The notes beneath the pieces were generated by a model. It was not told the DNA's origin and did no database searches. It worked only from the letters and a program-made list of their open reading frames with translations. A DNA stretch of 22,978 bases from Chiloscyllium plagiosum (lineage: Eukaryota), in NCBI RefSeq assembly GCF_004010195.1, contig NC_057718.1, positions 104,560,828 through 104,583,805 of the forward strand, in the 5' to 3' direction. A program made the position numbers and the translations under genes. Each line of letters begins with the position of its first letter. Positions within the stretch are counted from its first letter, which is position 1. Of the stretch, positions 20,150 through 22,978 are shown piece after piece.

Positions 20150-21390
20150 AAATCATTCGTTGACATCAGCATTGCTGGCTGTCCCTCGTTGCCATCGAGA
20201 AAGTGGTGGTGAGCTGACTACTTGAACTGTTGCAGTCGACATGTTGACCCACAATGTCCACAATTCCAGAATTCTAGTGACACTGAAGGAATGGTAATGT
20301 ACTTCCAAGTCAGGATGGTGAGTGGCTTGGAGGGAAATTTGCAGGAGGTGATGATCCCTATGTATCTACTACCCTTGTCCTTCCAGATAGAAGTGGTTGT
20401 CAGTTGGAAGGTGCTAGGCGAAAGTGGGTACGACAGATGCTGGAGATTAGATTCAAAATTAGAGTGGTGCTGGAAAAGCACAGCAGGTCAGGCAGCATCC
20501 GAGGAGAAGGAAAATCGACATTTCAGGCCAAGGTGGGGGGGGGGGGGGTGTGGGCGCAAGTTTTGCGATGCCTGTGGTGGCAGGGGAAGGTGCTGGGTAG
20601 GGAGGGTGGGCTGCTAGGGGGCATGGACCTGACCAGGTAGTCAGGGAGGGAACAGTTGAAAGGTGCTGTGTAAGGATGTCTGGTGAATTTCTGCAGTGCA
20701 TCTTGTAGATAATACATCCTAATGTTACTGACTGTTGATTAGATTAGATTACTTACAGTGTGGAAACAGGCCCATCGGCCCAACAAGTCCACACCGACCC
20801 GCCGAAGCGAAACCCACCCATACCCCTACATTTACCCCCTACCTAACACTATGGGCAATTTAGCATGGCCAATTCACCTGACCTGCACATTTTTGGACTG
20901 TGGGAGGAAACCGGAGCACCCAGAGGAAACCCACGCAGACACGGGGAGAACGTGCAAACTCCACACAGTCAGTCGCCTGAGGCAGGAATTGAACCCGGGT
21001 CTCTGGCGCTGTGAGGCAGCAGTGCTAACCACTGTGCCACCGTGCCGCCCAGCATCTGTAGTACCACTTTGATGGTGGAGGGATTGGATGATTGTGGATG
21101 TGGTGCCAATCAAGCAAGCTACTTTGTCCTGGAAAGTGTCAAGTTTTGTTGGAGCTGTACCCATTCAGGCAACTGGGCAGTATTCCATCACACTCCTGAC
21201 TTGTGCCTTGTCGATGGTGGATAGGCTGTGGGCAGTCAGGAGGTGAGTTACTCTCCAAAGTATTCCTAAGGCTCTGATGTGCTCTTGTCGTCATCAAGTT
21301 TACGTGAAATTGGGTTTCTGGTCAATGGTAACCCAAAGGATGTTGATAGTGGGGATTCAGTGATGGCAACATCATTGAACGTTAAGGTGT
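20150..21390 (-). mobile_element. CR1/L2-type LINE fragment interrupted by a Penelope-terminus piece (about 20418-20640) and an HE1 SINE
   Basis: The minus ORF MGTAPTKLDTFQDKVACLIGTTSTIIQSLHH resembles an ORF2 post-RT region; the antisense tail is at about 20150. Confidence 0.7.
20736..21048 (-). mobile_element. Full-length, young HE1-type SINE
   Basis: (GATTA)n tail at 20737 and intact head ...GCAGTGCTAACCACTGTGCCACCGTGCCGCCC; CpGs retained. Confidence 0.93.
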
Positions 21391-21441
21391 GGTTTATTCC
21401 AGTTTAGAAAATTTGCCCATCTCTTGGGAGATAGTAGTCTT

Positions 21442-21546
21442 GTCATAGAGTCATAGAGATGTACAGCATGGAAACAGACCCTTCGGTCCAACCTGTCCAT
21501 GCTGACCAGATATCCCAACCCAATCTAGTCCCACCTGCCAGCACCT
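21442..21546 (-). mobile_element. CR1 extreme 3' end
   Basis: GTCATAGAGTCATAGAGATGTACAGCATGGAAACAGACCCTTCGGTCCAAC; homologous to 12020-12100 and 15958-16030. Confidence 0.8.
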
Positions 21547-21734
21547 TATGACTCTATAAACCCAGCAGGTCTGGCTGCATCTGTGGAGAGAACGACAGAG
21601 TTAACGTCCGAGTCTGGTACGACTTCTTCAGAACTGAAAGGTGTTTTTTAATCTTCTGTGTTTGTTTCTAGCATCCACTGTCCGAAGCCTTTATTTGAGC
21701 TGCATCAAAACGATCTAGGGAACAAAATCTGTAT

Positions 21735-21920
21735 GACCCTTACCCAGTCAGGGCCTCCAGATGAATTCAGACCCAAAGCTACATGAGTGATTCTTAACTG
21801 CCCTGTGAAATAGCCCACGAAAGCCATTCTGTCTAAGTGGTGATTATGGTTTATGAAGGGGAATAAAATGTTGTGCCAGCCAGTGACACCCACATTCCAA
21901 TGGATGAATTAATAAAAAAA
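21735..21920 (+). mobile_element. Degraded tail-sharing SINE/LINE 3' end
   Basis: CTTAACTGCCCT.TGAAAT.GCCC...AATAAAATGTTG.GCCAGCCAGTGACACCCACATTCCAATGGATGAATTAATAAAAAAA. Confidence 0.65.
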
Positions 21921-22074
21921 TGAAAGTATTGTTATGCAAAACAGTTCTAGAATGTTTTCTGTGCTGTACTTCTTCAGTTCCCAATAGCCCCATTCTCTCA
22001 CACACAGAGAGACAGAATGCCATTGTGCACCCTCCCATTGCCCCCACTCTGTCTCCTTCCCTGCCCTTCCTGGC

Positions 22075-22900
22075 CAGCTCAGGCTGCCACGTGTTCACCG
22101 ATGACGCAACCCGGTTGTCGGGTGTGGGAGGGAGGGGTGGAGAACCGCGGGCATGCGCGTGGGCGAGGCGGTGGGAGAGCTATTGCGCACGCGCGGAGCC
22201 GCTCCGGGGGGTGAGCGCGACGCCTTGTGGGGATTGGAGTCCGTTGTCGGGCGGGTCCGAGCGGGCCGGCGCCCGCTGACGTCACGCGCCTACAGCTCCC
22301 AGCAGGCGGCGGGATCGGCGGCCGGGCTTGTTATTTCCTGGTCGGAGCTGTCCGCCATTTTGGGCAGTGAGTGAGGACCGATCCGGAGGGAGAAGAGGGC
22401 CGCTCCCCTCCGTCACCACAGCAAGGAGACACAGAGATACCGCCGGGGGAAGGCAAAGGCAAATCGGAACTTGGAGCCGACAGAAAGAGAATTAGAGACA
22501 GAGTAATAGCGAGAGAGAGAGAGAGAAATAAAGCAGTTGTAGCCGAGCGGGGTGCCACAGTGAGATGTCAACCATGAATCCCGAGTAGTAAGTGTTGTCG
22601 CTTCTCTCTGTCGGTGGACGGCCACCGTCTCCCCGGGGCCTAGTGGCTGCAGTGCAGCGGAGCCGCCTTCCGCTACAGCTCCGCCAGGAGGGAGGGAGGG
22701 AGGGCCGACCGCCAGGAAGGAAGGGCGCCCCCCCCCCATCCCCGCGGGCGGTGAGAGTCACCGGGGGGAGGGAGCGCCTCAACACCGGAGCGCGGCCTCA
22801 GGGAGACCCCTGTACACCCCCCCACCCGCAACCGAACCGGAGGATAGGGCGGGGGCAGGGTGACACTGAGCTGTCTCCGCCTCTTCCCTTCAGCTCCCCG
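22075..22900 (+). promoter_or_regulatory. CpG island promoter, 5' UTR and start of intron 1 of the Rab1 gene
   Basis: Abrupt switch to GC- and CpG-rich sequence. Motifs seen: E-box CACGTG 22088-22093, NRF1-type TGCGCACGCGCG 22184-22195, GC box near 22250, palindromic CRE TGACGTCA 22277-22284, YY1 CCGCCATTTT 22352-22361. Confidence 0.85.
22565..22587 (+). CDS. RAB1A: Rab1 small GTPase, first coding exon (MSTMNPE plus TA of Tyr); RAB1A-type N-terminus, although RAB1B cannot be excluded from 8 codons
   Basis: ATG TCA ACC ATG AAT CCC GAG TA|gtaagt. Matches Rab1A MSSMNPEY with the split Tyr codon and a perfect donor, inside a CpG island. Confidence 0.85.
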
Positions 22901-22920
22901 CATAGATCCTCCCACTTACA

Positions 22921-22978
22921 CCCATCTCCCCCGACCCCCCCCCCTTCCGCATCTCCCCCGACCCCCCCCTTTCCCCAT
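22921..22978. repeat. C-rich tandem repeat (CATCTCCCCCGACCCCCCC(C)nTTCC) in Rab1 intron 1
   Basis: Two units of about 26 nt and the start of a third, running off the window end. Confidence 0.8.

Noticed and set aside
22371..22577. ORF MRTDPEGEEG... as a protein or uORF
   Set aside because: It starts at GTG, is purine-rich low-complexity 5' UTR with a (GA)n run, and is out of frame with the Rab1 start.
2180..22915. Most ORFs in the supplied track as standalone genes
   Set aside because: They are short, often start at non-ATG codons, and overlap SINE, LINE or Penelope repeats, the N gap or the GC-rich island. The real genes are spliced and recognisable only exon by exon.

Overview
Vertebrate genomic DNA, almost certainly from a shark or other elasmobranch (inferred from HE1-type SINEs, CR1 LINEs, Deu-domain SINEs and Penelope-like elements). 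It holds the last five coding exons (+) of a divergent aspartylglucosaminidase-like Ntn-hydrolase gene (..PGCGLYADNR|AGAAA|ATGDGDKIMCFCPSFHVVQLMKQ|GLSPGDACQ...IALNMK|GEVGAASTVPFPYTFW...HLD*). These exons are missed or only partly seen by the ORF track. About 11.5 kb of repeat-dense intergenic DNA follows, then a CpG-island promoter and first coding exon of a Rab1 gene (MSTMNPEY|gtaagt). The most notable points are: (1) a GC-AG intron, a 16-nt microexon and a GAG acceptor clustered around the active-site AAATG motif; (2) short Penelope-derived elements carrying minimal hammerhead-ribozyme cores, some as palindromes or tandem copies with long target-site duplications; (3) an unclassified, decayed, coding-like 2.8-kb intronic relic whose two ends are inverted homologues; (4) an intronic inverted repeat of about 90% identity plus a near-perfect 131-bp templated copy. 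All alignments and counts were done by hand, repeat boundaries are approximate, and family names come from recalled consensus similarity, not a database search. No prokaryotic system is present.
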